Shown: piece by piece, positions 18,771 to 31,631 of the stretch
Layout: every line of letters starts with the position of its first letter
How positions within the stretch are numbered: position 1 is the first letter of the stretch
Source of the DNA: Escherichia coli
Lineage (GTDB): Bacteria; Pseudomonadota; Gammaproteobacteria; Enterobacterales; Enterobacteriaceae
Direction: 5' to 3' (one strand)
Length of the DNA stretch: 64,000 bases
NCBI RefSeq assembly: GCF_002854065.1
Contig: NZ_CP024147.1
The notes under the pieces: model-generated
What the model was told of the DNA's origin: nothing
Seen by the model: only the letters and a program-made list of their open reading frames with translations
The model's database searches: none
Made by a program: the position numbers and the translations under genes

Positions 18771-20906
18771 ATGAAATCAATGAATATTGCCGCCAGTAGT
18801 GAACTGGTATCCCGACTTTCTACTCATCGCCGCGTGGTGGCGTTGGGAGATACTGATTTTACGGACGTCGCGGCAGTCGTCATTACCGCTGCGGATAGTC
18901 GCAGTGGCATTCTTGCGTTGCTTAAGCGCACCGGTTTTCATCTACCGGTGTTTTTGTATTCCGAACATGCTGTTGAATTACCTGCGGGCGTTACGGCGGT
19001 AATCAATGGCAACGAGCAGCAGTGGCTGGAGCTGGAATCCGCAGCCTGTCAGTATGAAGAGAATTTGCTGCCACCGTTTTATGACATGCTGACGCAGTAC
19101 GTTGAGATGGGCAACAGCACCTTTGCTTGCCCTGGACATCAACATGGTGCGTTCTTTAAAAAGCATCCTGCCGGACGCCATTTTTACGATTTCTTTGGTG
19201 AGAACGTCTTTCGCGCTGATATGTGTAATGCTGACGTAAAATTGGGCGATCTGCTTATTCATGAAGGATCGGCGAAAGATGCGCAGAAATTCGCAGCCAA
19301 AGTCTTTCATGCCGATAAAACCTATTTTGTGCTGAACGGCACATCGGCAGCGAATAAAGTGGTGACGAATGCGCTGTTAACGCGTGGCGATCTGGTGCTT
19401 TTCGACCGTAACAACCATAAGTCGAATCATCACGGCGCGCTGATTCAGGCGGGGGCGACGCCGGTCTATCTGGAAGCTTCACGCAACCCGTTTGGTTTCA
19501 TTGGCGGTATTGATGCGCACTGTTTTAATGAAGAGTATCTGCGCCAGCAAATTCGCGACGTTGCGCCAGAAAAAGCCGACCTGCTGCGCCCGTTTCGCCT
19601 GGCGATTATTCAGCTGGGAACCTATGACGGCACTGTCTATAACGCCCGTCAGGTGATCGATACCATTGGGCATCTGTGTGATTACATTCTGTTTGATTCC
19701 GCGTGGGTCGGTTACGAACAGTTTATCCCGATGATGGCGGATAGCTCGCCGCTGCTGTTAGAACTTAACGAAAACGATCCAGGGATCTTTGTGACTCAGT
19801 CGGTGCACAAACAGCAGGCGGGATTCTCACAGACGTCGCAGATCCATAAAAAAGATAACCATATCCGCGGACAGGCGCGTTTTTGCCCGCATAAGCGGTT
19901 GAATAACGCCTTTATGCTCCATGCTTCTACCAGCCCTTTCTATCCGCTGTTTGCTGCACTGGATGTTAACGCCAAAATTCATGAAGGGGAGAGTGGGCGT
20001 CGGCTGTGGGCTGAGTGCGTTGAGTTGGGTATTGAGTCGCGCAAGGCTATTCTTGCGCGCTGTAAGCTGTTCCGCCCGTTTATCCCGCCCGTTGTTGATG
20101 GCAAATTGTGGCAGGATTATCCGACATCAGTGTTAGCCAGCGACCGCCGTTTTTTCAGTTTTGAGCCGGGGGCGAAGTGGCACGGCTTTGAAGGATATGC
20201 CGCGGATCAGTATTTTGTTGATCCGTGCAAGCTGTTACTCACTACACCAGGTATCGATGCCGAAACCGGCGAATATAGCGACTTTGGCGTTCCGGCGACG
20301 ATTCTGGCGCACTATCTGCGTGAGAACGGCATTGTGCCGGAGAAGTGCGATCTCAACTCCATTCTGTTCTTATTAACTCCGGCGGAAAGCCACGAGAAGC
20401 TGGCACAACTGGTGGCGATGCTGGCGCAATTTGAACAGCATATTGAGGATGACTCGCCGCTGGCTGAGGTGTTGCCGAGCGTTTATAACAAGTATCCGGT
20501 GCGCTATCGCGACTACACCCTGCGCCAGTTGTGTCAGGAGATGCACGATCTGTATGTCAGTTTCGACGTCAAAGACCTACAAAAAGCGATGTTCCGCCAG
20601 CAGAGTTTCCCGTCAGTGGTGATGAACCCCCAGGATGCGCATAGCGCTTATATTCGCGGTGACGTGGAGTTGGTGCGGATTCGTGATGCCGAAGGGCGAA
20701 TTGCGGCAGAAGGGGCGTTGCCTTATCCACCTGGCGTGCTTTGCGTGGTACCCGGGGAAGTCTGGGGTGGGGCGGTTCAACGTTATTTCCTTGCACTGGA
20801 AGAAGGGGTGAATTTGTTGCCGGGATTTTCGCCGGAGCTGCAAGGTGTTTATAGCGAAACCGATGCGGATGGCATGAAACGGTTGTACGGTTATGTGTTG
20901 AAGTAA
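18771..20906 (+). CDS. speC: Ornithine decarboxylase, constitutive
   Basis: 711-aa ORF from MKSMNIAASSELVSRL; PLP-dependent decarboxylase recognised as K-12 SpeC. Confidence 0.95.
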   Translation: MKSMNIAASSELVSRLSTHRRVVALGDTDFTDVAAVVITAADSRSGILALLKRTGFHLPVFLYSEHAVELPAGVTAVINGNEQQWLELESAACQYEENLLPPFYDMLTQYVEMGNSTFACPGHQHGAFFKKHPAGRHFYDFFGENVFRADMCNADVKLGDLLIHEGSAKDAQKFAAKVFHADKTYFVLNGTSAANKVVTNALLTRGDLVLFDRNNHKSNHHGALIQAGATPVYLEASRNPFGFIGGIDAHCFNEEYLRQQIRDVAPEKADLLRPFRLAIIQLGTYDGTVYNARQVIDTIGHLCDYILFDSAWVGYEQFIPMMADSSPLLLELNENDPGIFVTQSVHKQQAGFSQTSQIHKKDNHIRGQARFCPHKRLNNAFMLHASTSPFYPLFAALDVNAKIHEGESGRRLWAECVELGIESRKAILARCKLFRPFIPPVVDGKLWQDYPTSVLASDRRFFSFEPGAKWHGFEGYAADQYFVDPCKLLLTTPGIDAETGEYSDFGVPATILAHYLRENGIVPEKCDLNSILFLLTPAESHEKLAQLVAMLAQFEQHIEDDSPLAEVLPSVYNKYPVRYRDYTLRQLCQEMHDLYVSFDVKDLQKAMFRQQSFPSVVMNPQDAHSAYIRGDVELVRIRDAEGRIAAEGALPYPPGVLCVVPGEVWGGAVQRYFLALEEGVNLLPGFSPELQGVYSETDADGMKRLYGYVLK

Positions 20907-20916
20907 GAATAAAAAA

Positions 20917-20950
20917 AACGGGTCACCTTCTGGCGACCCGTTTTTCTTTG
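20917..20950. terminator. Bidirectional rho-independent terminator between speC and nupG
   Basis: CGGGTCACC...GGCGACCCG hairpin flanked by an A-run on one side and a T-run on the other. Confidence 0.7.
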
Positions 20951-20955
20951 CGTAA

Positions 20956-22212
20956 TTAGTGGCTAACCGTCTGTGTACCTGTCGGGACACGAACGTGTTT
21001 ATATTTGAACATCGCCATGAACGCGAAGGCCAGAACCACGGAGTAACCAGCGAAAATCAACCATACGGTCTGCCAGTCGGTAATGCCGTTTTGGGTGTAC
21101 ATCTCAACCACTTTACCGCTCACGATGCCCCCGAGGATACAGCCGAAGCCGTTGGTCATCATCAGGAACATCCCTTGCGCACTGGCGCGAATAGCCGGGC
21201 TAACTTCTTTTTCGACAAACACCGAACCAGAGATGTTGAAGAAGTCGAACGCACAGCCGTAAACAATCATCGACAGAACCAGCAGTACGGTGCCGAACGG
21301 AGTCGGGTCGCCGTAAGCAAACAGCGCAAAACGCAGGATCCACGCCACGATACTGATCATCATTACGTTCTTAATGCCGTAGCGGCTTAAGAAGAACGGG
21401 ATGGTCAGAATGAACAGGGTTTCAGAGATCTGCGAAATCGACATGATGATTGACGCATGCTGCACGATGAAGCTGCTGGCAAACATCGGATCTTTGTCGA
21501 AGCTGTGCAGGAAGGTATTACCGAACATGTTGGTAATCTGCAGTTCCGCGCCCAGCAGCATTGAGAAGATGAAGAAGATTGCCATACGCTTGTTTTTAAA
21601 CAGCGCGAATGCATCGAGGCCCAGCAGGGTTGTCCAGCTCTGATTCGCTTGCTGTTTAGCAACCGGAATATGCGGCAGAGTCAGGGTAAACAGAACCAGA
21701 ATGGCGGAAAGTGCTGCGCCAATATACAGCTGCATGTGGCTTAATTCGAAGCCAGACAGGCTCACCACCCACATTGCCATGATAAAGCCGATGGTGCCCC
21801 AGATACGGATTGGCGGGAAGTCAGTAACGATATCCATCCCGGCATTTTGCAGGCGATAGTAAGAGATGGTGTTGATTAACCCAAGCGTTGGCATATAAGC
21901 AAACGAGTTAATCAATATCACAAGGAACATCGCTTCCGGCGTCGTGACCTGTGCCGCCATGAACAGCGTGATAGCGCCAATGGTGTGGCAAATGGCATAT
22001 ACCCATTTCGCACTTAACCATTTGTCGGCCACAATCCCCAGCAGCGCAGGCATAAAGACCGCGGCGATACCCAGTGAACTATAAACTGCGCCAATAGAAG
22101 CACCGTCAAACTTCAGGGTAACAAACATATAGGAGCCGAGGGTTGTCAGCCAACTTCCCCACAGACAGAACTGCAGAAAAGAGAGGATTTTCAGCTGCAG
22201 CTTAAGATTCAT
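20956..22212 (-). CDS. nupG: Nucleoside:H+ symporter NupG
   Basis: 418-aa MFS transporter from MNLKLQLKILSFLQF. Confidence 0.95.
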   Translation of the reverse strand: MNLKLQLKILSFLQFCLWGSWLTTLGSYMFVTLKFDGASIGAVYSSLGIAAVFMPALLGIVADKWLSAKWVYAICHTIGAITLFMAAQVTTPEAMFLVILINSFAYMPTLGLINTISYYRLQNAGMDIVTDFPPIRIWGTIGFIMAMWVVSLSGFELSHMQLYIGAALSAILVLFTLTLPHIPVAKQQANQSWTTLLGLDAFALFKNKRMAIFFIFSMLLGAELQITNMFGNTFLHSFDKDPMFASSFIVQHASIIMSISQISETLFILTIPFFLSRYGIKNVMMISIVAWILRFALFAYGDPTPFGTVLLVLSMIVYGCAFDFFNISGSVFVEKEVSPAIRASAQGMFLMMTNGFGCILGGIVSGKVVEMYTQNGITDWQTVWLIFAGYSVVLAFAFMAMFKYKHVRVPTGTQTVSH

Positions 22213-22413
22213 GTTAATTTCCTCACATCGTGATGCGGATGAGTGTTTGAAAAAGCACATTTGACCGTGCGAGATGATGGGATTCTATCAACTTCGCGGA
22301 CTGGTTTTTTGTTACCTGCGGCAAATAATTGCAAACATTCCTAATTTGCAAAACGAAATTGTGATATGGATAACATTTTTGCCCCTGAGCATCGTCAGGG
22401 GCGGTTAGTGGAA

Positions 22414-23520
<1,107 letters not shown>

Positions 23521-23557
23521 TTATGCAAGCTGCCGGAGGCGTGCTCCGGCACTGTTT

Positions 23558-23836
<279 letters not shown>

Positions 23837-23860
23837 TCATCCTCTTTATCGACTCACGCG

Positions 23861-24913
23861 CTAAACCGGCGCGCCAGTGCGTAACTGCTGTAACAAACGC
23901 TCCACGGGAGCCGCCAGGCCAACTGACGGCGGTTGCGCTAAGTTATACCAGAGCGCATTGCCTTCATCCATGCAGCCGGTGAATGACGACACGGGAAGCC
24001 ACATAGGCACAATATCTAAGTGGAAATGGCTGAAGGTATGCCGAAACGCGGTCAGCTGCGTCAGGTTATCGGCAGCAATCTGCCGTTGCGCCAGCCACTG
24101 CCGCAAACTTTCTTCGTCGGCAAACTGCGGGAAACAGTATAAACCGCCCCACAATCCGCTCGGCGGACGCTGCGCCAGCAATACTTCATCTTCGTGCTGT
24201 AACAGGAGAAAGTAGCCGGTGCGCTCCGGCAGCGTCTGTTTCGGTTTTTTGCCCGGATAAAGCGACCAGCTATTGTTGGTGGCGGCAATACATCCGTTTT
24301 GTAGCGGACAGAGCGAACATTTCGGCTTCGAACGCGTGCAAATCATCGCGCCCAAATCCATCATCGCCTGATTAAACCGTTCCACGCCGACCGCGGGCGT
24401 CACCTGCTCGCTTAAACTCCATAATTTATTCTCGACCTCTTTTTTCCCAGGCCAGCCGCTTACAGCATAGCAGCGCGCCAGCACCCGTTTGACGTTACCG
24501 TCGAGAATCGGAAAGTGCTTACCCAGAGAAAGCGAGAGAATCGCGCCTGCGGTGGAACGCCCGACGCCCGGCAGTGCTGCAACTTCCTCAAAGGTTTCCG
24601 GGAATTTACCGCCGTGTAAGGTCGCCACTTGTTGTGCCGCTTTATGCAGATTGCGCGCGCGGGCGTAATAGCCAAGCCCGGTCCACAAGTGGAGAACTTC
24701 GTCGAGCGGCGCATTGGCGAGATCGGTCACCGTCGGGAAGCGCGCCATAAAGCGTTCAAAATAGGGGATAACGGTCGCAACCTGAGTTTGTTGCAACATC
24801 ACTTCTGAGAGCCATACTTTGTAGGGCGTCTTGTCAATTTGCCAGGGCAGAGTTTTTCGCCCGTATTTATCGTACCAGTCCAGAACCTGGGCTGAAAATT
24901 GCGACGCTTGCAT
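23861..24913 (-). CDS. mutY: Adenine DNA glycosylase MutY
   Basis: 350-aa ORF from [25 protein letters not shown] with HhH and 4Fe-4S Cys cluster. Confidence 0.95.
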   Translation of the reverse strand: MQASQFSAQVLDWYDKYGRKTLPWQIDKTPYKVWLSEVMLQQTQVATVIPYFERFMARFPTVTDLANAPLDEVLHLWTGLGYYARARNLHKAAQQVATLHGGKFPETFEEVAALPGVGRSTAGAILSLSLGKHFPILDGNVKRVLARCYAVSGWPGKKEVENKLWSLSEQVTPAVGVERFNQAMMDLGAMICTRSKPKCSLCPLQNGCIAATNNSWSLYPGKKPKQTLPERTGYFLLLQHEDEVLLAQRPPSGLWGGLYCFPQFADEESLRQWLAQRQIAADNLTQLTAFRHTFSHFHLDIVPMWLPVSSFTGCMDEGNALWYNLAQPPSVGLAAPVERLLQQLRTGAPV

Positions 24914-25073
24914 GGTCACCGAATTCACTGTTGTTGGGGGCAAGATTGCAGCACAGCGACGGCAGGGTGTAAACCGGAACTTTCCGCAGCCACGGCCTTA
25001 TCATGCTTGCATCCGGCAACTAACTTTGGATAATGCCCGTTTTCAGAACACTTTCACAAGCGACTAAATCTTT

Positions 25074-25793
25074 ATGAAAAACGACGTCATTTCACCGGAA
25101 TTTGATGAAAACGGCCGCCCACTGCGCCGTATCCGTAGTTTTGTGCGCCGCCAGGGGCGACTGACCAAAGGCCAGGAACATGCGCTGGAAAACTACTGGC
25201 CGGTGATGGGCGTTGAATTCAGCGAAGATATGCTGGATTTCCCCGCGCTTTTTGGCCGTGAAGCGCCGGTGACGCTTGAGATTGGTTTTGGCATGGGGGC
25301 GTCGCTGGTGGCAATGGCTAAAGATCGCCCCGAGCAGGACTTCCTCGGCATTGAAGTGCATTCACCGGGCGTTGGTGCGTGCCTGGCTTCTGCGCATGAA
25401 GAGGGCTTAAGCAACCTGCGCGTGATGTGTCACGATGCGGTTGAAGTGCTGCATAAAATGATTCCTGACAATTCATTGCGCATGGTGCAGCTCTTTTTCC
25501 CTGACCCGTGGCACAAAGCGCGCCATAATAAACGCCGTATCGTTCAGGTGCCGTTTGCCGAACTGGTAAAAAGCAAACTGCAGCTGGGGGGCGTATTCCA
25601 TATGGCGACCGACTGGGAACCTTATGCGGAACATATGCTTGAAGTGATGTCTTCTATTGACGGTTATAAAAACCTGTCAGAGAGCAATGATTACGTACCG
25701 CGTCCGGCATCACGTCCGGTGACGAAATTTGAACAACGTGGTCATCGTCTTGGTCACGGAGTATGGGACTTAATGTTCGAGAGGGTGAAATAA
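25074..25793 (+). CDS. trmB: tRNA (guanine-N7)-methyltransferase
   Basis: 239-aa ORF; K-12 TrmB. Confidence 0.9.
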   Translation: MKNDVISPEFDENGRPLRRIRSFVRRQGRLTKGQEHALENYWPVMGVEFSEDMLDFPALFGREAPVTLEIGFGMGASLVAMAKDRPEQDFLGIEVHSPGVGACLASAHEEGLSNLRVMCHDAVEVLHKMIPDNSLRMVQLFFPDPWHKARHNKRRIVQVPFAELVKSKLQLGGVFHMATDWEPYAEHMLEVMSSIDGYKNLSESNDYVPRPASRPVTKFEQRGHRLGHGVWDLMFERVK

Positions 25794-26119
25794 TGGCAAA
25801 GAACCGTAGCCGTCGTCTGCGTAAAAAAATGCACATCGACGAATTCCAGGAGTTAGGATTTTCGGTGGCATGGCGATTCCCGGAAGGTACATCGGAAGAA
25901 CAGATTGATAAAACCGTTGATGATTTTATTAACGAGGTTATCGAACCGAACAAACTGGCCTTTGACGGCAGCGGTTATCTGGCCTGGGAAGGTCTGATCT
26001 GCATGCAGGAAATCGGCAAATGCACCGAAGAACATCAGGCGATTGTGCGTAAGTGGCTGGAAGAGCGCAAACTGGATGAGGTACGCACCAGCGAACTTTT
26101 CGACGTTTGGTGGGACTAA
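25793..26119 (+). CDS. yggL: DUF469 protein YggL
   Basis: 108-aa ORF from [18 protein letters not shown]; ATG overlaps the trmB stop (TAATG). Confidence 0.9.
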   Translation: MAKNRSRRLRKKMHIDEFQELGFSVAWRFPEGTSEEQIDKTVDDFINEVIEPNKLAFDGSGYLAWEGLICMQEIGKCTEEHQAIVRKWLEERKLDEVRTSELFDVWWD

Positions 26120-26124
26120 GAAAG

Positions 26125-26235
26125 CATACGGGCGATGACAAATGCAAAACTGCCTGATGCGCTACGCTTATCATGCCTACAAAGATGCACGATCGAGTAG
26201 GCGGGATAAGGCGTTTACGCCGCATCCGGCATGGA
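26125..26235. repeat. REP element
   Basis: GCCTGATGCGCTACGCTTATCATGCCTAC ... GGATAAGGCGTTTACGCCGCATCCGGC palindromic units. Confidence 0.7.
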
Positions 26236-26302
26236 AAACGCGTACTTTGTTATCAATCTGGGGCCAGCAAATGCTGGCCTGATTTGTTCTTGAGGGAAGA
26301 CT

Positions 26303-27022
26303 ATGATGCGCAAAATGCTGCTGGCGGCAGCACTTTCAGTGACGGCAATGACCGCTCACGCCGACTACCAGTGCAGCGTCACGCCGCGTGACGATGTGAT
26401 TGTCAGCCCGCAAACCGTGCAGGTGAAGGGCGAAAACGGCAATCTGGTGATCACGCCAGACGGCAACGTGATGTATAACGGTAAGCAATATTCCCTGAAT
26501 GCCGCCCAGCGCGAGCAGGCGAAGGATTATCAGGCTGAACTACGTAGCACGCTGCCGTGGATTGATGAAGGCGCGAAAAGCCGCGTCGAGAAAGCCCGTA
26601 TTGCTCTGGATAAAATTATCGTTCAGGAGATGGGCGAAAGTAGCAAAATGCGCAGCCGTCTGACCAAACTTGATGCGCAGCTGAAAGAGCAGATGAACCG
26701 CATTATCGAAACGCGCAGCGATGGCCTGACGTTCCACTATAAAGCCATTGATCAGGTTCGCGCTGAAGGCCAGCAATTAGTGAATCAGGCAATGGGCGGA
26801 ATTTTACAGGACAGCATTAATGAAATGGGCGCGAAAGCGGTGCTGAAAAGCGGCGGTAACCCATTACAGAATGTGCTGGGAAGCCTGGGGGGGCTGCAAT
26901 CCTCAATCCAAACCGAGTGGAAAAAGCAGGAAAAAGATTTCCAGCAGTTTGGCAAAGATGTTTGTAGCCGCGTTGTGACTCTGGAAGATAGCCGCAAAGC
27001 CCTGGTCGGGAATTTAAAATAA
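26303..27022 (+). CDS. yggN: Periplasmic protein YggN (DUF2884)
   Basis: 239-aa ORF with signal peptide; K-12 position. Confidence 0.85.
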   Translation: MMRKMLLAAALSVTAMTAHADYQCSVTPRDDVIVSPQTVQVKGENGNLVITPDGNVMYNGKQYSLNAAQREQAKDYQAELRSTLPWIDEGAKSRVEKARIALDKIIVQEMGESSKMRSRLTKLDAQLKEQMNRIIETRSDGLTFHYKAIDQVRAEGQQLVNQAMGGILQDSINEMGAKAVLKSGGNPLQNVLGSLGGLQSSIQTEWKKQEKDFQQFGKDVCSRVVTLEDSRKALVGNLK

Positions 27023-27197
27023 TCCTCTATTTTAAGACGGCATAATACTTTTTTATGCCGTTTAATTCTTCGTTTTGTTACCTGCCTCTAACTTTGTAGA
27101 TCTCCAAAATATATTCACGTTGTAAATTGTTTAACGTCAAATTTCCCATACAGAGCTAAGGGATAATGCGTAGCGTTCACGTAACTGGAGGAATGAA

Positions 27198-28244
27198 ATG
27201 GAGTTTTTCAAAAAGACGGCACTTGCCGCACTGGTTATGGGTTTTAGTGGTGCAGCATTGGCATTACCCAATATCACCATTTTAGCAACCGGCGGGACCA
27301 TTGCCGGTGGTGGTGACTCCGCAACCAAATCTAACTACACAGCGGGTAAAGTTGGCGTAGAAAATCTGGTTAATGCGGTGCCGCAACTGAAGGACATTGC
27401 GAACGTTAAAGGCGAGCAGGTAGTGAATATCGGCTCCCAGGACATGAACGATGATGTCTGGCTGACACTGGCGAAAAAAATTAACACCGACTGCGATAAA
27501 ACCGACGGCTTCGTCATTACTCACGGTACCGACACGATGGAAGAAACCGCTTACTTCCTCGACCTGACGGTGAAATGCGACAAACCGGTGGTGATGGTCG
27601 GCGCAATGCGCCCGTCCACGTCCATGAGCGCAGACGGTCCATTCAACCTGTATAACGCGGTAGTGACCGCAGCTGATAAAGCCTCCGCTAATCGTGGCGT
27701 GCTGGTGGTGATGAACGACACCGTACTGGACGGTCGCGATGTCACCAAAACCAACACCACCGACGTAGCGACCTTCAAGTCTGTTAACTACGGTCCTCTG
27801 GGTTACATTCACAACGGTAAGATTGACTACCAACGTACCCCGGCACGTAAGCACACCAGCGACACGCCGTTCGATGTCTCTAAGCTGAATGAACTGCCGA
27901 AAGTCGGCATTGTTTATAACTACGCTAACGCATCCGATCTTCCGGCTAAAGCCTTGGTAGATGCGGGCTATGATGGCATCGTTAGCGCTGGTGTGGGTAA
28001 CGGCAACCTGTATAAAACCGTATTTGACACTCTGGCGACCGCCGCGAAAAACGGTACTGCAGTCGTGCGTTCTTCCCGCGTACCGACGGGCGCTACCACT
28101 CAGGATGCCGAAGTGGATGATGCGAAATACGGCTTCGTCGCCTCTGGCACGTTGAACCCGCAAAAAGCGCGCGTTCTGCTGCAACTGGCTCTGACGCAAA
28201 CCAAAGATCCGCAGCAGATCCAGCAGATCTTCAATCAGTACTAA
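27198..28244 (+). CDS. ansB: L-asparaginase 2, periplasmic
   Basis: 348-aa ORF, signal peptide and TGGTIAG asparaginase motif. Confidence 0.95.
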   Translation: MEFFKKTALAALVMGFSGAALALPNITILATGGTIAGGGDSATKSNYTAGKVGVENLVNAVPQLKDIANVKGEQVVNIGSQDMNDDVWLTLAKKINTDCDKTDGFVITHGTDTMEETAYFLDLTVKCDKPVVMVGAMRPSTSMSADGPFNLYNAVVTAADKASANRGVLVVMNDTVLDGRDVTKTNTTDVATFKSVNYGPLGYIHNGKIDYQRTPARKHTSDTPFDVSKLNELPKVGIVYNYANASDLPAKALVDAGYDGIVSAGVGNGNLYKTVFDTLATAAKNGTAVVRSSRVPTGATTQDAEVDDAKYGFVASGTLNPQKARVLLQLALTQTKDPQQIQQIFNQY

Positions 28245-28254
28245 TCGCCTCGCC

Positions 28255-28282
28255 CCGGTATCGTGCCGGGGCTTTTTCACTT
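28255..28282 (+). terminator. Rho-independent terminator of ansB
   Basis: GCCCCGG...CCGGGGC hairpin followed by TTTTTC. Confidence 0.65.
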
Positions 28283-28360
28283 CAGACTCACGTCCATTGC
28301 CAATTTTAATTACCCTAATGATAATCACTGGAATAAATTATTCCGCGCGAGGGTTTTCGG

Positions 28361-29368
28361 GTGAAAAAGCAATGGATTGTTGGCACGGCGCTGCTTATGT
28401 TGATGACTGGTAATGTCTGGGCAGATGGCGAACCGCCAACTGAAAATATCTTAAAAGATCAATTCAAAAAGCAGTATCACGGCATTCTCAAGCTTGATGC
28501 TATCAGTTTAAAAAACCTTGATGCGAAAGGTAATCAGGCCACCTGGTCAGCAGAAGGCGATGTTTCTTCCAGCGATGATCTCTATACCTGGATCGGTCAG
28601 TTGGCAGATTACGAACTGCTCGAACAGACCTGGACGAAAGATAAAGCGGTAAAATTCTCGGCGATGTTAACCAGTAAAGGAACGCCCGCGTCTGGCTGGT
28701 CGGTGAACTTTTACTCTTTTCAGGCGGCAGCTAGCGATCGTGGGCGGGTGGTCGACGATATCAAAACGAATAATAAATATCTGATCGTGAATAGCGAAGA
28801 TTTCAATTATCGCTTTAGTCAGCTTGAGACTGCGTTGAATACCCAGAAGAACTCGATTCCTGCGCTGGAAAAGGAAGTGAAAGCGCTTGATAAGCAAATG
28901 GTGGCGGCGCAGAAAGCAGCGGATGCATATTGGGGAAAAGATGCAAATGGTAAGCAAATGGCCCGCAAAGACGCCTTTAAAAAAATTCACCAACAGCGTG
29001 ATGAGTTTAATAAACAGAACGATAGCGAGGCGTTCGTGGTTAAATATGACAAAGAGGTTTATCAACCGGCGATTGCGGCATGTCATAAACAGAGTGAAGA
29101 GTGTTATGAAGTGCCGATTCAGCAGAAGCGAGATTTCGATATCAACGAACAACGGCGACAGACTTTTCTGCAATCACAAAAAATTAGCCGTAAATTGCAG
29201 GATGACTGGATAACGCTCGAAAAAGGGCAATATCCGTTAACGATGAAAGTTTCAGAAATAAACAGTAAAAAAGTCGCGATTTTGATGAAGATTGACGATA
29301 TCAACCAGGCTAATGAACGCTGGAAAAAAGATACCGAACAACTGCGGCGCAATGGGGTGATTAAGTAA
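28361..29368 (+). CDS. yggM: Periplasmic DUF1202 protein YggM
   Basis: 335-aa secreted ORF at the K-12 position. Confidence 0.85.
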   Translation: MKKQWIVGTALLMLMTGNVWADGEPPTENILKDQFKKQYHGILKLDAISLKNLDAKGNQATWSAEGDVSSSDDLYTWIGQLADYELLEQTWTKDKAVKFSAMLTSKGTPASGWSVNFYSFQAAASDRGRVVDDIKTNNKYLIVNSEDFNYRFSQLETALNTQKNSIPALEKEVKALDKQMVAAQKAADAYWGKDANGKQMARKDAFKKIHQQRDEFNKQNDSEAFVVKYDKEVYQPAIAACHKQSEECYEVPIQQKRDFDINEQRRQTFLQSQKISRKLQDDWITLEKGQYPLTMKVSEINSKKVAILMKIDDINQANERWKKDTEQLRRNGVIK

Positions 29369-29374
29369 GTTTTG

Positions 29375-29605
29375 ATATAGCGCACGATTTGTAGCAGGAT
29401 GCGGCGTTGACCCCGCATCCGGCAATCAACGTCTGATGCGACGCTAGCGCGTCTTATCAGACCTACAACAGCTGCCACATGTCGGCTGAGGTGCTCACGC
29501 CGCATCCGGCAATCAACGTCTGATGCGACGCTTGCGCGTCTTATCAGACCTACAACCGTTGCCACATGTAGGCTGGATAAGGCGTTCACGCCGCATCCGG
29601 CAATA
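29375..29605. repeat. Tandem REP/BIME array
   Basis: Two to three near-identical units (GCCGCATCCGGCAATCAACGTCTGATGCGACGCTTGCGCGTCTTATCAGACCTACAAC...). Confidence 0.8.
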
Positions 29606-29610
29606 CAAGT

Positions 29611-30747
29611 TTACTCCGCCAGAAAAAGCTCCAGCAGCGAATTTAAAAACAACTTCCCATGTTCCGTTATCTGCCAGTAATCCGCACATTCTGTGAGATA
29701 ACCCTGAGCGATAGCCTCGTCTAACTGAGGGCGAATAACCTCTTCTGAAAGGCCAGTATACTGGCTAAACTCCACGCGCGGCGCGGCCTCCAGCAGACGG
29801 AAGCGATTCATAAAGAACTCAAACGGCTTATCTGCAGCTTCGACATCACGCTGGCTTTCCAGATACCTTCCCTGCATAAAACCACGCGGATGACGCGTTT
29901 TGGTGGTACGCAGAATGCGCCCATCCGGGAAGGTCACTTTGCCGTGCGCACCGCAGCCAATACCGATGTAGTCGCCAAATCGCCAGTAGTTGAGATTGTG
30001 CTGGCACTGATAACCCGGTTTGGCGTAAGCGGAAGTTTCATATTGCTGATAGCCCGCTGCGGTTAATAACTGATGCCCCTGTTCGAAAATATCCCACAGC
30101 GCGTCATCGTCCGGCAGCACCGGTGGTCGCGAACCAAACAGCGTATTGGGTTCGATGGTCAGTTGATACCAGGAAAGATGCGGCGGATTCAGTTCAATGG
30201 CCTGGCGTAGATCGCCAAGCGCCTCTTCCAGTGATTGATCCGGTAGTCCATGCATCAAATCAAGGTTAAAGCTACGTAACCCTAAACCGCTCGCCAGCTT
30301 TGCCGCGCGTTTCGCTTCTTGCGGGCCATGAATACGCCCAAGTCGTTTCAGCTTTTCTTCGCTAAAACTCTGCACACCAATAGAGATGCGGTTTACACCA
30401 GCACGCTGATAATCGACAAAGCGATCCGCTTCTACCGTGCCTGGGTTCGCTTCCATAGTAATTTCTGCATCCGCTGCCAGCGGCAAACGCGCACGCACGC
30501 CGTCCAGCAGCGTTTGCATCGCCGGGCCGGAAAGCAGGCTCGGCGTACCACCGCCAATAAAGATTGTCTTTACTTCACGGCCCTGAGCGTAAGCCACATC
30601 ATTGTCCAGATCGCAAAGCAGATGCTGAACATAATCGTCGTGCGGCACTTCTCCTTTCAACGCGTGAGAGTTGAAATCGCAGTACGGGCATTTCTGCACG
30701 CACCACGGGATGTGAATGTAGAGACTCAGCGGCGGTAATTTAACCAT
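29611..30747 (-). CDS. hemW: Heme chaperone HemW (YggW), radical SAM family
   Basis: 378 aa with CxxxCxxC motif ([10 protein letters not shown]). Confidence 0.9.
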   Translation of the reverse strand: MVKLPPLSLYIHIPWCVQKCPYCDFNSHALKGEVPHDDYVQHLLCDLDNDVAYAQGREVKTIFIGGGTPSLLSGPAMQTLLDGVRARLPLAADAEITMEANPGTVEADRFVDYQRAGVNRISIGVQSFSEEKLKRLGRIHGPQEAKRAAKLASGLGLRSFNLDLMHGLPDQSLEEALGDLRQAIELNPPHLSWYQLTIEPNTLFGSRPPVLPDDDALWDIFEQGHQLLTAAGYQQYETSAYAKPGYQCQHNLNYWRFGDYIGIGCGAHGKVTFPDGRILRTTKTRHPRGFMQGRYLESQRDVEAADKPFEFFMNRFRLLEAAPRVEFSQYTGLSEEVIRPQLDEAIAQGYLTECADYWQITEHGKLFLNSLLELFLAE

Positions 30748-31333
30748 TACGTAAAGCGTCCAACAGCAGTTTCAATGCCTGACCACGGTGGGAAATGGCG
30801 CTCTTTTCTTCGCGGGTCAGTTCGGCAGCGGTTTTCCCTTCGGAAGGTACGAAGAAGATTGGATCATAACCAAAGCCACCAGTGCCCGCCGGTTCACGAG
30901 TAATCACGCCCGGCCAGCTGCCGTGGCACACCAGCGGGGTCGGATCTTCCGCGTGACGCAGATACACCAGCACGCAGTGGAAACGCGCCTGACGTTGGTC
31001 GTCCGGTACGTCTTTCAGTGTTTCCAGCAGTTTTTGCAGATTCTTTTGATCGGTCGCGTCTTCACCGGAATAACGCGCGGAGTAAATGCCCGGCGCGCCG
31101 CCAAGCACATCTACCGCCAGACCAGAGTCGTCGGCAATTGCCGGTAAACCGGTCACTTTTGCCGCATGGCGCGCTTTCAGAATCGCGTTTTCGATAAAGG
31201 TCAGGCCGGTTTCTTCAGCGGAATCTACGCCGAGGTCTGTTTGGGCCACGATATCAAGACCGAAGTCGCTAAGCAGCGACGCCAGCTCACGCACTTTACC
31301 GGCATTGCCGGTTGCGAGGACAACTTTTTGCAT
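30740..31333 (-). CDS. rdgB: dITP/XTP pyrophosphatase RdgB
   Basis: 197-aa Ham1-family ORF. Confidence 0.95.
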   Translation of the reverse strand: MQKVVLATGNAGKVRELASLLSDFGLDIVAQTDLGVDSAEETGLTFIENAILKARHAAKVTGLPAIADDSGLAVDVLGGAPGIYSARYSGEDATDQKNLQKLLETLKDVPDDQRQARFHCVLVYLRHAEDPTPLVCHGSWPGVITREPAGTGGFGYDPIFFVPSEGKTAAELTREEKSAISHRGQALKLLLDALRNG

Positions 31334-31340
31334 AGGATAC

Positions 31341-31631
31341 CTAATTAATTAACGCCGCGATTTCTGGCGGGATTTGTTGCGGATTAATGATTTTAATTTG
31401 TTTGTGGCGGCCAAGTTCGCCTTTTTCAATCACCACCTGGCTTTTGGCAACCCGGAATTGCTTACCGAGAAACTTCACCAGATGACTGTTGGCCTGGCCG
31501 TCAACCGGCGGCGCGGTTATGGCGACTTTTACCTCGTCGCCATGTAAACCGACAATAGAATCACGGCTGGCTTTCGGCTGAATATAAAGCCGTAAAACCA
31601 GACCGTCATCGTTAACTGTTACGGCACTCAT
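31341..31631 (-). CDS. yggU: DUF167 protein YggU
   Basis: 96-aa ORF from [24 protein letters not shown]. Confidence 0.85.

Noticed and set aside
29375-29605. Regularly spaced repeats that superficially resemble a short CRISPR array (also at 6810-7125 and 33915-34080)
   Set aside because: The units are imperfect palindromes of the REP/BIME type with conserved rather than unique spacers, located in intergenic 3' regions, and no cas genes are nearby.
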